DNA from: Candidatus Zhuqueibacterota bacterium
GTDB taxonomy: Bacteria > Zhuqueibacterota > Zhuqueibacteria > Residuimicrobiales > Krinioviventaceae
Assembly (NCBI GenBank): GCA_016928775.1
Contig: JAFGKD010000078.1
Span: forward strand, 45,396-109,395
Direction of reading: 5' to 3'
DNA length: 64,000 nucleotides
This document shows, in pieces, positions 1-9,833 of the stretch (its first letter is position 1; the number at the start of each line of letters is the position of its first letter). The position numbers and the translations under genes are program-made. The notes below the pieces were generated by a model that was not told where the DNA came from, made no database searches, and saw nothing but the letters and a program-made list of their open reading frames with translations.

Positions 1-1272
1 TTGGTTGAAAATTTGTGCTTGACCTCGCCGAAAGGAGAGCTGAGGCAGGGTGTAATTTTGTAAATCCTCCTGCAAGTCGTGTGAGTGAGACACGTTCAAG
101 CTCATACTCAGTTTTTGCTTGGGCCAACTTTTTGAATACGTCGCATTCGAACGAAGCTCACGACTCAGACGAGTATCCAAATTTGTACTGTAGCTTTTGT
201 AGAAATCTTTATCGCTGACAAATGTACCGCCAGCGCTCAAACGAGAGGTCGGTGAGATTTCCTGATTGTGATTAAAAGTCAAGTCCCAGCGACGTTCTTT
301 GCCACCGCCGCGATAATCCTTGCGCGTGAGAGAACCATTCACCGAACCGTTCAATTTGTAGCGCACAGCATAATTGGCGCCGGCGCGAAACAGAAATCCG
401 GATTTTTCAAAAAAATCGACCATACCTTTGGCGTCAAAATAGTCACTCGGCGCCCAATAATAACCAAGCTCGCGCAAAAATCGTCCCTCTTGAACGCTCT
501 CTCCGTAACGCGGAATAAGGAGACCGGAGTGGCGCCCCGACCGATGCGGGAAAACCGCAAACGGCAGCATGAACACCGGGATATTGCCTAATTTCGCCAC
601 AACGGGCTTGGCAATGACTTTGTCATTCGGAATCATCTTCATGCGCCGCGCTTCAAAATGGAAATGCGGATTTGAGTCGAGGTCACAGGTGGTATAGGTG
701 GAATTCGAGACATTGTAGGTGTTTTCGCTCACTCGCTTGATTTGTCGACCAACATACTTGCCACCCTCCACGTCCGAACGCCCTTTAACGACGCGCCCTT
801 TTTCTGTCCGGTAGTTATATTCCATCTTTTTGCCGGTCATGGTGGAACCACCCTCCTGCAATTCCGGCTCACCAGTCCAGGCGATGTTCATCGTCGAATC
901 TGTTGCAAGGCTATCCGTTTTGATCCATGTTGTATCCGGAATCGGCTCGGCAATAATGAGACTGTTATCCCAATCCAGAGTTATTTTTCCGGCTTTTAGA
1001 ACAATATCTTTATATTTGACACTGGCGTTGCCAATAAAATAGGAGAGACGTTCCCGCAAGTCATTTTCGATGACCGAGGCTTCATAATAAATGATGGTGT
1101 CGATTTCCGATGATTTTTGCTGAACCTCCAGGGGCTCGGTGATGGTGGAATCCGGGGAAATGGCGCCCGCCACCTGCGACTCATCGAGTTGGGTAGAGTC
1201 GTCAAGCGCCTCTTGAGCAGACAGCGATAATGCAAAAAGCGCCAGAATAATGTATACAAGTCTTTTTGTCAA
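1..1272 (-). CDS. lptD: LPS-assembly outer-membrane protein LptD (3' part lies beyond the left edge)
   Basis: Hand translation of the minus frame is open from about 1272 (TTG; MTKRLVYIILALFALSLSAQ signal peptide) to position 1. It contains LptD-typical segments: NASVKYKDIVLKAGKITLDW, YTTCDLDSNPHFHFEARRMKMIPNDKVIAKP, RHSGLLIPRYG, LGYYWAPSDYFD. The ORF track lacks it because there is no stop in the window. The start is approximate. Confidence 0.88.
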   Translation of the reverse strand, partial: MTKRLVYIILALFALSLSAQEALDDSTQLDESQVAGAISPDSTITEPLEVQQKSSEIDTIIYYEASVIENDLRERLSYFIGNASVKYKDIVLKAGKITLDWDNSLIIAEPIPDTTWIKTDSLATDSTMNIAWTGEPELQEGGSTMTGKKMEYNYRTEKGRVVKGRSDVEGGKYVGRQIKRVSENTYNVSNSTYTTCDLDSNPHFHFEARRMKMIPNDKVIAKPVVAKLGNIPVFMLPFAVFPHRSGRHSGLLIPRYGESVQEGRFLRELGYYWAPSDYFDAKGMVDFFEKSGFLFRAGANYAVRYKLNGSVNGSLTRKDYRGGGKERRWDLTFNHNQEISPTSRLSAGGTFVSDKDFYKSYSTNLDTRLSRELRSNATYSKSWPKQKLSMSLNVSHSHDLQEDLQNYTLPQLSFRRGQAQIFNQ

Positions 1273-1294
1273 AATGATCTTGATGTTTAGGCAC

Positions 1295-2596
1295 CTAACG
1301 TTTTCTCTTTGGCCATAATTTGAGTAGCCGTTCCCGAATCCGCTGCTCAACGCCGTTTTCCGTTGGATGATAATACACTTTTTTTTCAGCGTCACGTGGG
1401 AAATAGTCTTGCTCTACAAATCCGCCAGAATCATGCGGGTATTTGTAGCCGTCGCCATACTTCAAATCCTGCATCAGCTTTGTTGGTGCATTGCGGAGAT
1501 GCAACGGGACATCACCGGGCATCTCATTGTGGATATCCTGAATCGCTGTGTCGATTGCCAGGTAGGATGCGTTGCTTTTGGGCGCTGACGCGAGATATGT
1601 TGTCGCTTGCGCCAAAACAATGCGACCCTCCGGCATCCCGATGACATTGATCGCCTCAAAAGCGGATGTCGCCACCATCAACGCATGCGGATCGGCATTG
1701 CCGATATCTTCGGACGCCAGGATAATTAAACGTCGGGCGATGAATTTTGGATCCTCGCCGGATTCGATCATGCGCGCTAACCAGTAGATCGCCGCATCTG
1801 GATCCGAACCGCGTACGCTTTTTATAAAGGCCGAAATGACATCGTAATGATACTCACCTTTTTTATCATAGAGCAACGTTCGCCGTTGCATGGCCTCTTC
1901 AATGAGTGGACGGTCTATCATGCGTAAACCGCTAACATCCGATTGGGCCAATTGTGAAGCGAGATCAAGCGCGGTCAGTGTATTACGCGCATCGCCGCCG
2001 CCCAGTTTGATGAGCACTATTTGCGCCTCGCTGTCCAAATGGATATTCAATTTTTTGAGCTCCTCATCCGTTTCGAGTGCGCGCCGAACAAGTGTATTGA
2101 GGTGTTTTTCAGTCAAGGATTCCAGTTTATAAATGCGGCAACGGGATTGCAGCGCCGATATGACCTCAAAACTCGGATTCTCTGTTGTCGCACCGATGAG
2201 CAGGAGAGTGCCGTCTTCCACCGAATGTAATAGTGCATCCTGCTGTGCCTTGTTGAAGCGATGGATCTCATCGATAAAAAGAATGGTACGCCGGCCAAGA
2301 AACCGGTTATCCGCTGCTGTCTTTATAATTTTGCGCAAGTCGGCAACCCCTGATGTCACAGCGCTGATAGCGTGAAAATCGGATGATGTTTCATTGGCAA
2401 TAATCCGCGCCAGGGTCGTCTTGCCAACACCGGGCGGTCCCCATAGTATCATGGAGACGAGCTGGTCCGACTCGATGGCGGTGCGCAGAATTTTACCTTC
2501 ACCAAGCAGATGTTCTTGTCCCACAAACTCGTGCAGCGATTGCGGTCGCATACGCTCGGCCAAAGGTGGTTTTTGTGACTGTGCAAAAAGAGTCAT
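1295..2596 (-). CDS. rarA: Replication-associated recombination protein A (AAA+ ATPase, MgsA/RarA)
   Basis: PLAERMRP, Walker [50 protein letters not shown]. Start taken at MTLFAQ (the ORF extends to 2611). Confidence 0.95.
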   Translation of the reverse strand: MTLFAQSQKPPLAERMRPQSLHEFVGQEHLLGEGKILRTAIESDQLVSMILWGPPGVGKTTLARIIANETSSDFHAISAVTSGVADLRKIIKTAADNRFLGRRTILFIDEIHRFNKAQQDALLHSVEDGTLLLIGATTENPSFEVISALQSRCRIYKLESLTEKHLNTLVRRALETDEELKKLNIHLDSEAQIVLIKLGGGDARNTLTALDLASQLAQSDVSGLRMIDRPLIEEAMQRRTLLYDKKGEYHYDVISAFIKSVRGSDPDAAIYWLARMIESGEDPKFIARRLIILASEDIGNADPHALMVATSAFEAINVIGMPEGRIVLAQATTYLASAPKSNASYLAIDTAIQDIHNEMPGDVPLHLRNAPTKLMQDLKYGDGYKYPHDSGGFVEQDYFPRDAEKKVYYHPTENGVEQRIRERLLKLWPKRKR

Positions 2597-2700
2597 ATTT
2601 TTCCAAATCAAAAGCGCTCAATTTATTGAAATTGGCAGGGAATTGCAAGGTGGAAAAAGCGGCGCAAGTAAAAGCTTGGTGGTTTTATAAAATTTGCAAA

Positions 2701-2769
2701 GTATTCTTGTCAAAACTTTGCAAAAAAAACAATGTTGCGGATTTACAGTACGGATGAGCACGAATGTTT
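2701..2769 (+). repeat. Dispersed intergenic repeat, module M2 followed by a CGGAT nonamer remnant
   Basis: ATTCTTGTCAAAACTTTGCAAAAAAAACAATGTTGCGGATTTACAGTA|CGGATGAGCACG matches copies at 40711, 54735 and 62391. Confidence 0.8.
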
Positions 2770-2801
2770 ATTTCGGCATTACTTCAACATAATGGCTCTC
2801 A

Positions 2802-5800
2802 CTATCGCATCAATATCATCTTGCGAATAGCGGAAAAGTCGCCGGCAGTCATTTTATAAAAATAAAGACCGGACGACAGAGCACGTCCATTCTCATCCAG
2901 ACCAGGCCAGGTGGCGCGATAGACGCCGGCTTCTTTGTGGTCCCGTACCAGCACATCCACGCGCTGACCAAGTGAATTAAAGACTTCCACTGTCACGTCT
3001 GTTGCCAGCGGTAATTGATAGACAATAGTTGTGCGTGGATTAAACGGATTGGGATAGTTTTGTTGCAGCGCGAATATTTTCGGCAGAGCATCTGACTTGT
3101 GCGAGCGCTGCGTGTACAGCGGATCATTCGCTTGTCCCGGCGTCGGTACGGCAAAATCACGCCATGACACGGCGCCATCATAAGACCGCCCCCTGGAGAT
3201 GTCCTGCTGTTGCCGACCAAAGCTTATGGAATCGATGTAAACCGGCTGTCCCTCGACCAACTTTATCAGCGCCAGGTGCTCGCCGGAAGCATCCAGTTTC
3301 ATATCCGCATGTAATAATCCCTGATGCATCTCCTTATCCGCCCAGACAAGCAAATAACCGCCGGGCGCGATCGTCGTCGTTTCCGGTTGGTATTCTGCAA
3401 TTCGCCAGAGCGCGGGAGTATAAAAATTATCGGTCAGATAAAGCCCGGCAACATTGATCGGCTGATCGCTGCCATTGTAAAGCTCAATCCAGTCGTCAAA
3501 CTGGCCGATCTCATCCGCAAGCGTTTTGCTGTTATCAGCTAAAAACTCGTTGATGACCAAATCCGTTGTGTTGATCGGACCTTTGTTGTAGAAAAACGCA
3601 CCGATATCTGCAAGCGAGCCATCCGGATCTTTTGGCGCTGTTGGATCACCCGCATCAATGCAGGGTGAATCCATCTGCAAATAAAAGTTATCTGTCAATG
3701 GATCAACGAATCGGGCATTGTCGTGATGATTACCAAGACCCTGCATTAAATTCCACTCTGACAATGAATAATTGATTTGAATTGAGGATGTGCCATCAAC
3801 GGTGAATTCCGAGGCAAAATGTCCGGCAAAAATTGAATTTGTCACCGTAGCTGTGCCACCGCCCTGTCCCGCCATTTTCTCATAACAGGCTACCCCCACA
3901 CTGTCATTATAAAAAGTGGTATGATCAATTCGAGCATACGAGTCATCTTTGACAGCAACGCCCATCGCCGCATTGACCACAAGATTACCGCGAATGATCG
4001 TATCAGCAGAATTTTCGCCAACCGAAATGCCTTTATCCGGACAATCAAAAATGCGATTATTCTCGATCAGCACATGGTCCGACGCGCCAATGTCAATGCC
4101 ATCACGATTGCTGTTGGTGCTGATGATATCAATGCGATTGTTGCGGATGATCCCCTGATCAACAGCGTCGAAATCGAGCTCACCATTACCAAACAAATGA
4201 CAATTTTCAACACGCGCTGATGCATACTGGATATTCGCAATATCATCGCCGGAATCGATACCGTCCAGAGTTGAATTTGTCAGGACAATCGTGCCGCCAT
4301 TGGCATAGAACGGCTGATTGACATGTTCGATTCGAATGTAGTCCAGGGTGACATCCGAGTTCCATGTCGAAACAGCCGCTTTAAAATGCGCTGCGTCTGA
4401 TCCGGTGGTGGCGCCGGTTATATTCACATGCGATAATGTCGATGCAGCCGTTGCATCTTGAAAACAGAGTGCGCCCCAGCGATTATCGCCGATGCCGCGC
4501 AGAACAACGGGTTGCGCCGCTGATCCATGTGCCACCAGGCGGCCGTTGACAATCAAGCTGCTTCCTGCGGCAAGCTGGAGGTGAGTGCCTTCCGTTAAGG
4601 TTAATGTCGTATTGGGTGAGACGACCACATCCTGCAAAACAAAATAGGGCGAATTTGCCCCGGTTAATATCGTATTTTGAGTAATGTACGCCGGCAACTC
4701 ATTTTGTGCATTGTACGAGAAAACAGCTGTCAAAGCTTGACCAGTTGTCAGTTCCAGCGTGAGCTGGGGATTTTCGGAAATCAAACCGGCGGACCCGTCG
4801 CCTGAGAGCGCATCAATTTCCAGATCAAAGCTCATGTCAGAGCTTGTGCCATTATATTGATGCACTTCAACGGCAACGACATTTTTGCCACGTACCAGCG
4901 CATCCTTATTGATGGTAAATTCGAAAAACGTATCTTCATCATCCCCGCCGACCGAGTTGCTTGGCCGCGTGTCATATTGAATCGACCCTCCGGGCATATT
5001 GCTGCGAAGCACTTGTTGGCCATTCAGGTAAACGACAGCACCGTCATCTCGCAAGAGTTTGAAGATCAGCTGTTGCACCGCTGAGACATCTGTAACTTGA
5101 AACGATGACCGGAAATAAGTGGTCACGTATTTATCGTCCGAATTTGGCCCGTAATCCACGACTGTATTTTCGTCGCCATCACCATAGCCCAATTGTGCTG
5201 CACCCGTTGCCCACCCGGAATCATCAAACGCGGGACTGCTCCAGTTGGCGCCGGGGGAAACACCTTTATCAAAAAATTTCCAGTTTGCGCCGCGGTTCAG
5301 CAGAGTCGATACGGTCTGCGAATTTTGCCACCAGCCAACAAAGCCATAACCCTCATATGGCTGCGCTTGCAGGAGAACGGTCATGTCCTGAAAGAATTGC
5401 CCGGAATAAGAGTCCGTGATGGTCGTCTGTTGTCCAAGATGCACGTATCCGTAGCCCTGTGGCTGTACCTGAACATCAAGCTGCACCATCTCGTTTAAAT
5501 CGAACAGATCGATGAGTTGCTCGCGCACCGTCGCCGGGCGCGTATGAACGATATTACGCATCTCATCAACGACCTCTTGCCAGGCGATCATGGACGGAAT
5601 ACCACATACGCCGTTGCCACAAAAGTCTCGCCAACGCTCGATATGGTTCGGCATTTCACCGGCAATAGCGTTTTGCAGGCTGTCGAGTAATGCTGCCACT
5701 TTGTTCGGCTCAAACTCAGTATTGATATATTCGACGAACCGGTTAATAAATCGATCTTTAAACTTATCATTCGCTAACAGCTCGTTAAAGGGATGCATCC

Positions 5801-7403
5801 GATTTGCCATCTCCTCTAGCGAATTATAAACATCGTATCTGAATCCCCGGTCGAGGTCAAAAATCATCCATCGCCATTTGCCATTCGTGGTGCGCGGTCG
5901 CCAGGCGCGGATGTTCCACGACCAACTTCGGTTGCCGATATATGCCTCGGCAATGACGTAATCGATCAAATTGTCAATATCCACCAAACTCGCAACGACA
6001 TTATAGTTTTCCTGAACCGATAAATCGTGAGTGTCGATAAAATCAATCAATGCGTCATAATGGGTACGATCACCGGCCAACACCTCGATATCTTGTTCCC
6101 GCTCATCAATGTATAAAATATCCACACGATCACGATCAACATCGTGATGTGTTTCAACATAACTTTCGTTATATTTTTCCCGAATATTGTGAATGCCCCA
6201 ATAGTCGCCGTTGATAAACAGCACAGCCGGTCGATAGGCTTGAGTATCGACGGACATATTGTCGCGGATCATCTTTTGAACGAATCCATCGCGGAACATC
6301 GTCTGATGCCAGTCATCGCTGGAGCTGCGCAGCAAAAAGGAATCAAATTCGTGCACATCAATATCATGAAAAAGCGGATAATCCAGCCTGTCTGACAAAA
6401 AAAGACTGAGAGATTTTTGCGGTATATAAATGGCCGTTCGACCAAACAGACGAATTGATGCTTGCCTGACAAAAGCGAGTCGCCCATTCGTTTCGAAAAA
6501 TTCAATCATCGCCGGTCGTTCCCAGGATTTGCGTTCGGCAATGTTCTCATCCACATAAATGCCGTTTTCCGGATCCCAGAGGAAATCAGGATCAGTTGTC
6601 AATGAAAACGTCGGAAGTGTTGTGTGTTCATTGATAAAAAAGGTGCGCGTTTCAACTGGTCCGGGCAGCAGATTCGTACCAAACGATCTGGCTTTTATTA
6701 TTGTTGTCGAGGAAAAGGTCAAGGGTGATGTATATTCGCGGGATGTTCGAGTTGGCGTCGAACCGTCAGTTGTATAGCGAATAACCGCATTTGACGTGGA
6801 CATGCTAACCTGCAGCGATCCAGAATAAAAACCGGATAGCTGATTGATCTGAACGTTTCCGGCTTGAAATGACGCCATTAATCCAGCCGTCGTATTTGCC
6901 TGGTCGGGTGTTGGTTGATCATAATAGAGCCACTTGTCGGGATTGTTCACATCCCGCCCCAAAGAGACATCAGATACTTGTTGGCCAAACAAGAGGGTGT
7001 CAATGACCGTGCCATCCGCAGCATACAATCCGACGGCCTCGCCGTCGTTGCTGAGCTTAAAATTGGTGTGCAGACCGTCGTCCATGCCATCCGCCCAGAA
7101 CAACAAATAGCCCCGGGCGGGAATTGTGGTTCCAGGCGGAATGTGCCACTTATTCGGTTGGGAAAATTCATCGGTTAAATAGCAATTACCCAAATCGACC
7201 GGGTTGTTGCTTGTATTATAAAGTTCAATCCAGTCAGCGAATTGAGAATAATCGGGATCTAATGTCAGCGAATGACTGGAGGCTAAAATTTCATTGATAA
7301 TGACGGGTATGCTCGTCTGCTCCGTTGTCAATCCATGATTTACATAAATGCATGTGAAAAGCAAAGTTATATAACTTGAGCGAATCAAGCTCGTTTTTTT
7401 CAT
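2802..7403 (-). CDS. Large secreted protein: lamin-tail domain + FN3-associated domain + CotH kinase + beta-sandwich + right-handed beta-helix + lamin-tail domain + C-terminal sorting domain
   Basis: IINEILA..DWIELYN occurs twice (LTD); IRYTTDGSTP; CotH motifs LFINGDYWGIHNIREK and WRWMIFDLD; parallel beta-helix repeats; tail QNYPNPFNP..SSGLYFYKM..KMILMR. Start taken at MKKTS. Confidence 0.85.
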   Translation of the reverse strand: MKKTSLIRSSYITLLFTCIYVNHGLTTEQTSIPVIINEILASSHSLTLDPDYSQFADWIELYNTSNNPVDLGNCYLTDEFSQPNKWHIPPGTTIPARGYLLFWADGMDDGLHTNFKLSNDGEAVGLYAADGTVIDTLLFGQQVSDVSLGRDVNNPDKWLYYDQPTPDQANTTAGLMASFQAGNVQINQLSGFYSGSLQVSMSTSNAVIRYTTDGSTPTRTSREYTSPLTFSSTTIIKARSFGTNLLPGPVETRTFFINEHTTLPTFSLTTDPDFLWDPENGIYVDENIAERKSWERPAMIEFFETNGRLAFVRQASIRLFGRTAIYIPQKSLSLFLSDRLDYPLFHDIDVHEFDSFLLRSSSDDWHQTMFRDGFVQKMIRDNMSVDTQAYRPAVLFINGDYWGIHNIREKYNESYVETHHDVDRDRVDILYIDEREQDIEVLAGDRTHYDALIDFIDTHDLSVQENYNVVASLVDIDNLIDYVIAEAYIGNRSWSWNIRAWRPRTTNGKWRWMIFDLDRGFRYDVYNSLEEMANRMHPFNELLANDKFKDRFINRFVEYINTEFEPNKVAALLDSLQNAIAGEMPNHIERWRDFCGNGVCGIPSMIAWQEVVDEMRNIVHTRPATVREQLIDLFDLNEMVQLDVQVQPQGYGYVHLGQQTTITDSYSGQFFQDMTVLLQAQPYEGYGFVGWWQNSQTVSTLLNRGANWKFFDKGVSPGANWSSPAFDDSGWATGAAQLGYGDGDENTVVDYGPNSDDKYVTTYFRSSFQVTDVSAVQQLIFKLLRDDGAVVYLNGQQVLRSNMPGGSIQYDTRPSNSVGGDDEDTFFEFTINKDALVRGKNVVAVEVHQYNGTSSDMSFDLEIDALSGDGSAGLISENPQLTLELTTGQALTAVFSYNAQNELPAYITQNTILTGANSPYFVLQDVVVSPNTTLTLTEGTHLQLAAGSSLIVNGRLVAHGSAAQPVVLRGIGDNRWGALCFQDATAASTLSHVNITGATTGSDAAHFKAAVSTWNSDVTLDYIRIEHVNQPFYANGGTIVLTNSTLDGIDSGDDIANIQYASARVENCHLFGNGELDFDAVDQGIIRNNRIDIISTNSNRDGIDIGASDHVLIENNRIFDCPDKGISVGENSADTIIRGNLVVNAAMGVAVKDDSYARIDHTTFYNDSVGVACYEKMAGQGGGTATVTNSIFAGHFASEFTVDGTSSIQINYSLSEWNLMQGLGNHHDNARFVDPLTDNFYLQMDSPCIDAGDPTAPKDPDGSLADIGAFFYNKGPINTTDLVINEFLADNSKTLADEIGQFDDWIELYNGSDQPINVAGLYLTDNFYTPALWRIAEYQPETTTIAPGGYLLVWADKEMHQGLLHADMKLDASGEHLALIKLVEGQPVYIDSISFGRQQQDISRGRSYDGAVSWRDFAVPTPGQANDPLYTQRSHKSDALPKIFALQQNYPNPFNPRTTIVYQLPLATDVTVEVFNSLGQRVDVLVRDHKEAGVYRATWPGLDENGRALSSGLYFYKMTAGDFSAIRKMILMR

Positions 7404-7584
7404 TCGATATTCCTTTTTGAATCGAATTCTATAATAGTGTTTCGATCGTAAAACATCCTGGCTATTTAACGGCCAATTCATGGAAAAGTTCTTTGATCAG
7501 GCAGCCGCTTCAGGGTCTGGTTCACTGGATAAACCTGGATATTAGTTGATAAAGGCGGTCAGATCAAGAAGCAGTTTACTCTTA

Positions 7585-8433
7585 TCATATTTCTATATAC
7601 AAACTTTCCTTTTTCACAAGAAACAACACCAGATGATACAGTGCGAACAATTCCATGGAAAATGGCACATAGCCGAGGTAGCCAATGACCGGCATCTCAA
7701 ATACGTGCACAAACTGTACAAAGGGTGTGGTATAAGTCCATTTGGGATAAGACCAGTAATTCCAGAATTCCCAGAAAAAACCGCAGATCAGACAGCCCAG
7801 CCAAAGCGCCCACACCGGCCGCCAGTCACCGCTTTTAACACGATCAAATAATGAACAATTGTCGAGCCACACATTGATCGGCTCAATGATGAAATAGACG
7901 GACAACCAGACAAGCGGATAAAAATAGCGTGGCCACATGAGCAGCAGCCCAAGCATTGTCCATCCGGCAATAAAGTACCAGAGCATCTGTTGTTTTTCAG
8001 CAGGAACTTTGAGAAATGGTCGGCTGTCTTTGATCCATCTAAAGGTGCTGACCAATTCTGCAGTACCGAACACCGCCGGGATCACTGTTGAAAAGCTGAG
8101 GGAGGCCAACAGGCCGTACTCGAGATTTGTAAACAATTCGCGTCCCATATAGTGCCAATTTTGCGTGCGCATATTGATCAATTCGAATAACCACCACGCC
8201 GGTGCCGAGACCAGAAACAAGCCGATATAACGCTGCCAGGAGCGCGTGAATAAAGACGTCCCCTTGCGCCGGAAAACCAGCCCATCCACAACAAGACAAT
8301 AACCCAGCCACAACGGGAAAAAGAGCAGATGTGTGCGCAAGCCCGTGCAGCTCCAGTTGACACTCCAGGCGAAACCGAGCAGGAAAAGGCCGAACCAAAA
8401 ATGCCGGGGGAAAATTTGTTTTTTTTGGCTCAT
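7585..8433 (-). CDS. Conserved multi-pass membrane protein of unknown function
   Basis: 282 aa with about 8 hydrophobic segments; two related half-motifs WWLFELIN and FWEFWN. Confidence 0.8.
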   Translation of the reverse strand: MSQKKQIFPRHFWFGLFLLGFAWSVNWSCTGLRTHLLFFPLWLGYCLVVDGLVFRRKGTSLFTRSWQRYIGLFLVSAPAWWLFELINMRTQNWHYMGRELFTNLEYGLLASLSFSTVIPAVFGTAELVSTFRWIKDSRPFLKVPAEKQQMLWYFIAGWTMLGLLLMWPRYFYPLVWLSVYFIIEPINVWLDNCSLFDRVKSGDWRPVWALWLGCLICGFFWEFWNYWSYPKWTYTTPFVQFVHVFEMPVIGYLGYVPFSMELFALYHLVLFLVKKESLYIEI

Positions 8434-8546
8434 ATTTTCTCTCCAATTTGCAGTGGATATTTGTATGAATATATTTATATTTCAGCATAAAAACAAAATG
8501 CTGACACCAAAAAAGTGGTTTCACAAACCTGAAAAGGAGGACGACC

Positions 8547-9278
8547 ATGTCTCACACACAACGTTTGATAATTTTGTTGATGCTCACTTTTGTATGCGCA
8601 GCGTTTGCACAGAAAAATCTCGATCATGTCCATTTGTTTCAAAACTTTTTAAAAGATGCGACTATCACCTCGGCTCCCTATGGTGAAGGCTTCTTGAGCT
8701 ATAGCAGCCACGATTATGGCAGCTTGTTTGCTCTCGGCGCACAAGGCGGTTATGGCATCAATCCCAGGCTGGAAGTCAATGCCAAACTTGGTTTTGTCAA
8801 CTTTAGCCCCAAAAACGGTGACGGCAACTCTGGCCTGACAGACCTCACGGCCGCCGGGCGTTATCTTGTCTATGATGATGGCGCCCTGCGAATTGCTGCC
8901 GGCGGTTTTTTGACCCTGCCCATCGGCACGGACAAAGTCGGTTATGGCAATTTTGATTTCGGTGCGTTCGGTGCAGCACGATATGGTTTGTCAAATGATA
9001 TGATAGTCACTGGCACATTAGGCCTCGATTTTTATGATGCCGGAGACAAATATCACAACTCGCTCGTATTAGCCGGTGGTTTGATTTATCCATATAGCCC
9101 ACAACTGGCCATCATTGGCGAGCTGATGTTTAAAACAGATGTCGATTATGGTATGCTCAGCGCGGGTGTCGATTATACCCTGCAGAACAGCGGCCGTGTT
9201 CGCGGTGCACTCGGTCTCGGCATTGATAATGGCGCGCCGGATATTATGCTCATGCTCAGTTATCTGACGACAATATAA
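8547..9278 (+). CDS. Outer-membrane beta-barrel protein (putative porin/transporter)
   Basis: GGAGG RBS, signal peptide ending AFA-Q, alternating Gly/aromatic strands, GLTDL and LTLPIG motifs. Confidence 0.75.
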   Translation: MSHTQRLIILLMLTFVCAAFAQKNLDHVHLFQNFLKDATITSAPYGEGFLSYSSHDYGSLFALGAQGGYGINPRLEVNAKLGFVNFSPKNGDGNSGLTDLTAAGRYLVYDDGALRIAAGGFLTLPIGTDKVGYGNFDFGAFGAARYGLSNDMIVTGTLGLDFYDAGDKYHNSLVLAGGLIYPYSPQLAIIGELMFKTDVDYGMLSAGVDYTLQNSGRVRGALGLGIDNGAPDIMLMLSYLTTI

Positions 9279-9367
9279 AACGGGAATGGCGGCAACGGAC
9301 GCTGAGCAGGACTATGGCAGGACGAGCCTTTTCACCAGGATCATCAGAGCAAAATAACGGTGTGTCT

Positions 9368-9558
9368 TTTGGCGCGACTTTCAACTGCACCTCAAGTATG
9401 AGCCACTGCACACGGATGAGCATGGATTTTTCGGCTTTGCTTCGAGAAAATTTTGGGGCTTTCAAAAAAGATTAAAATGAATGATATTATCTGTGTTTCA
9501 TCCGTGAAAATCCGTGGCTCATAAACTTAAAAAATTACACCTTGGATTTGAATACAAA
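9368..9558 (+). repeat. Composite dispersed element (degenerate M3 + M1 + degenerate M2)
   Basis: AGCCACTGCACACGGATGAGCATGGAT...ATCTGTGTTTCATCCGTGAAAATCCGTGGCT aligns closely with 40583-40708. Confidence 0.88.
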
Positions 9559-9588
9559 TATGTCTTATGAGATAGGCACCCATTCACT

Positions 9589-9825
9589 ATGACTGATCCC
9601 AAGCTGTTTTATCGTGATATGGACGCCTTGTTGGCGACGATTTACATCGAGCCGGCGAAGGGTGACCTGCTCCCGCATGTCATGGAAATTCTGGAAAGTG
9701 CGTTTGCGGCCACGTATATTTGCGAAAAGCTGTTCGATGACACTTTTGTCTTTGGCAACCGCACCGCGTGGGAGGATGATGCGACGATCGTGGTGATCAA
9801 ACGACATTCCGAGTTAAAAAACTGA
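9589..9825 (+). pseudogene. Internally deleted SpoIIE/PP2C-type phosphatase remnant
   Basis: 78 aa ending in a SpoIIE-like terminal motif (FVFGNRTAWEDDATIVVIKR) with no upstream catalytic core. Confidence 0.6.
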
Positions 9826-9833
9826 CCTCTCTA

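Noticed and set aside
15-1259. Small ORFs listed at the left edge
   Set aside because: All overlap the continuous minus-strand lptD frame.
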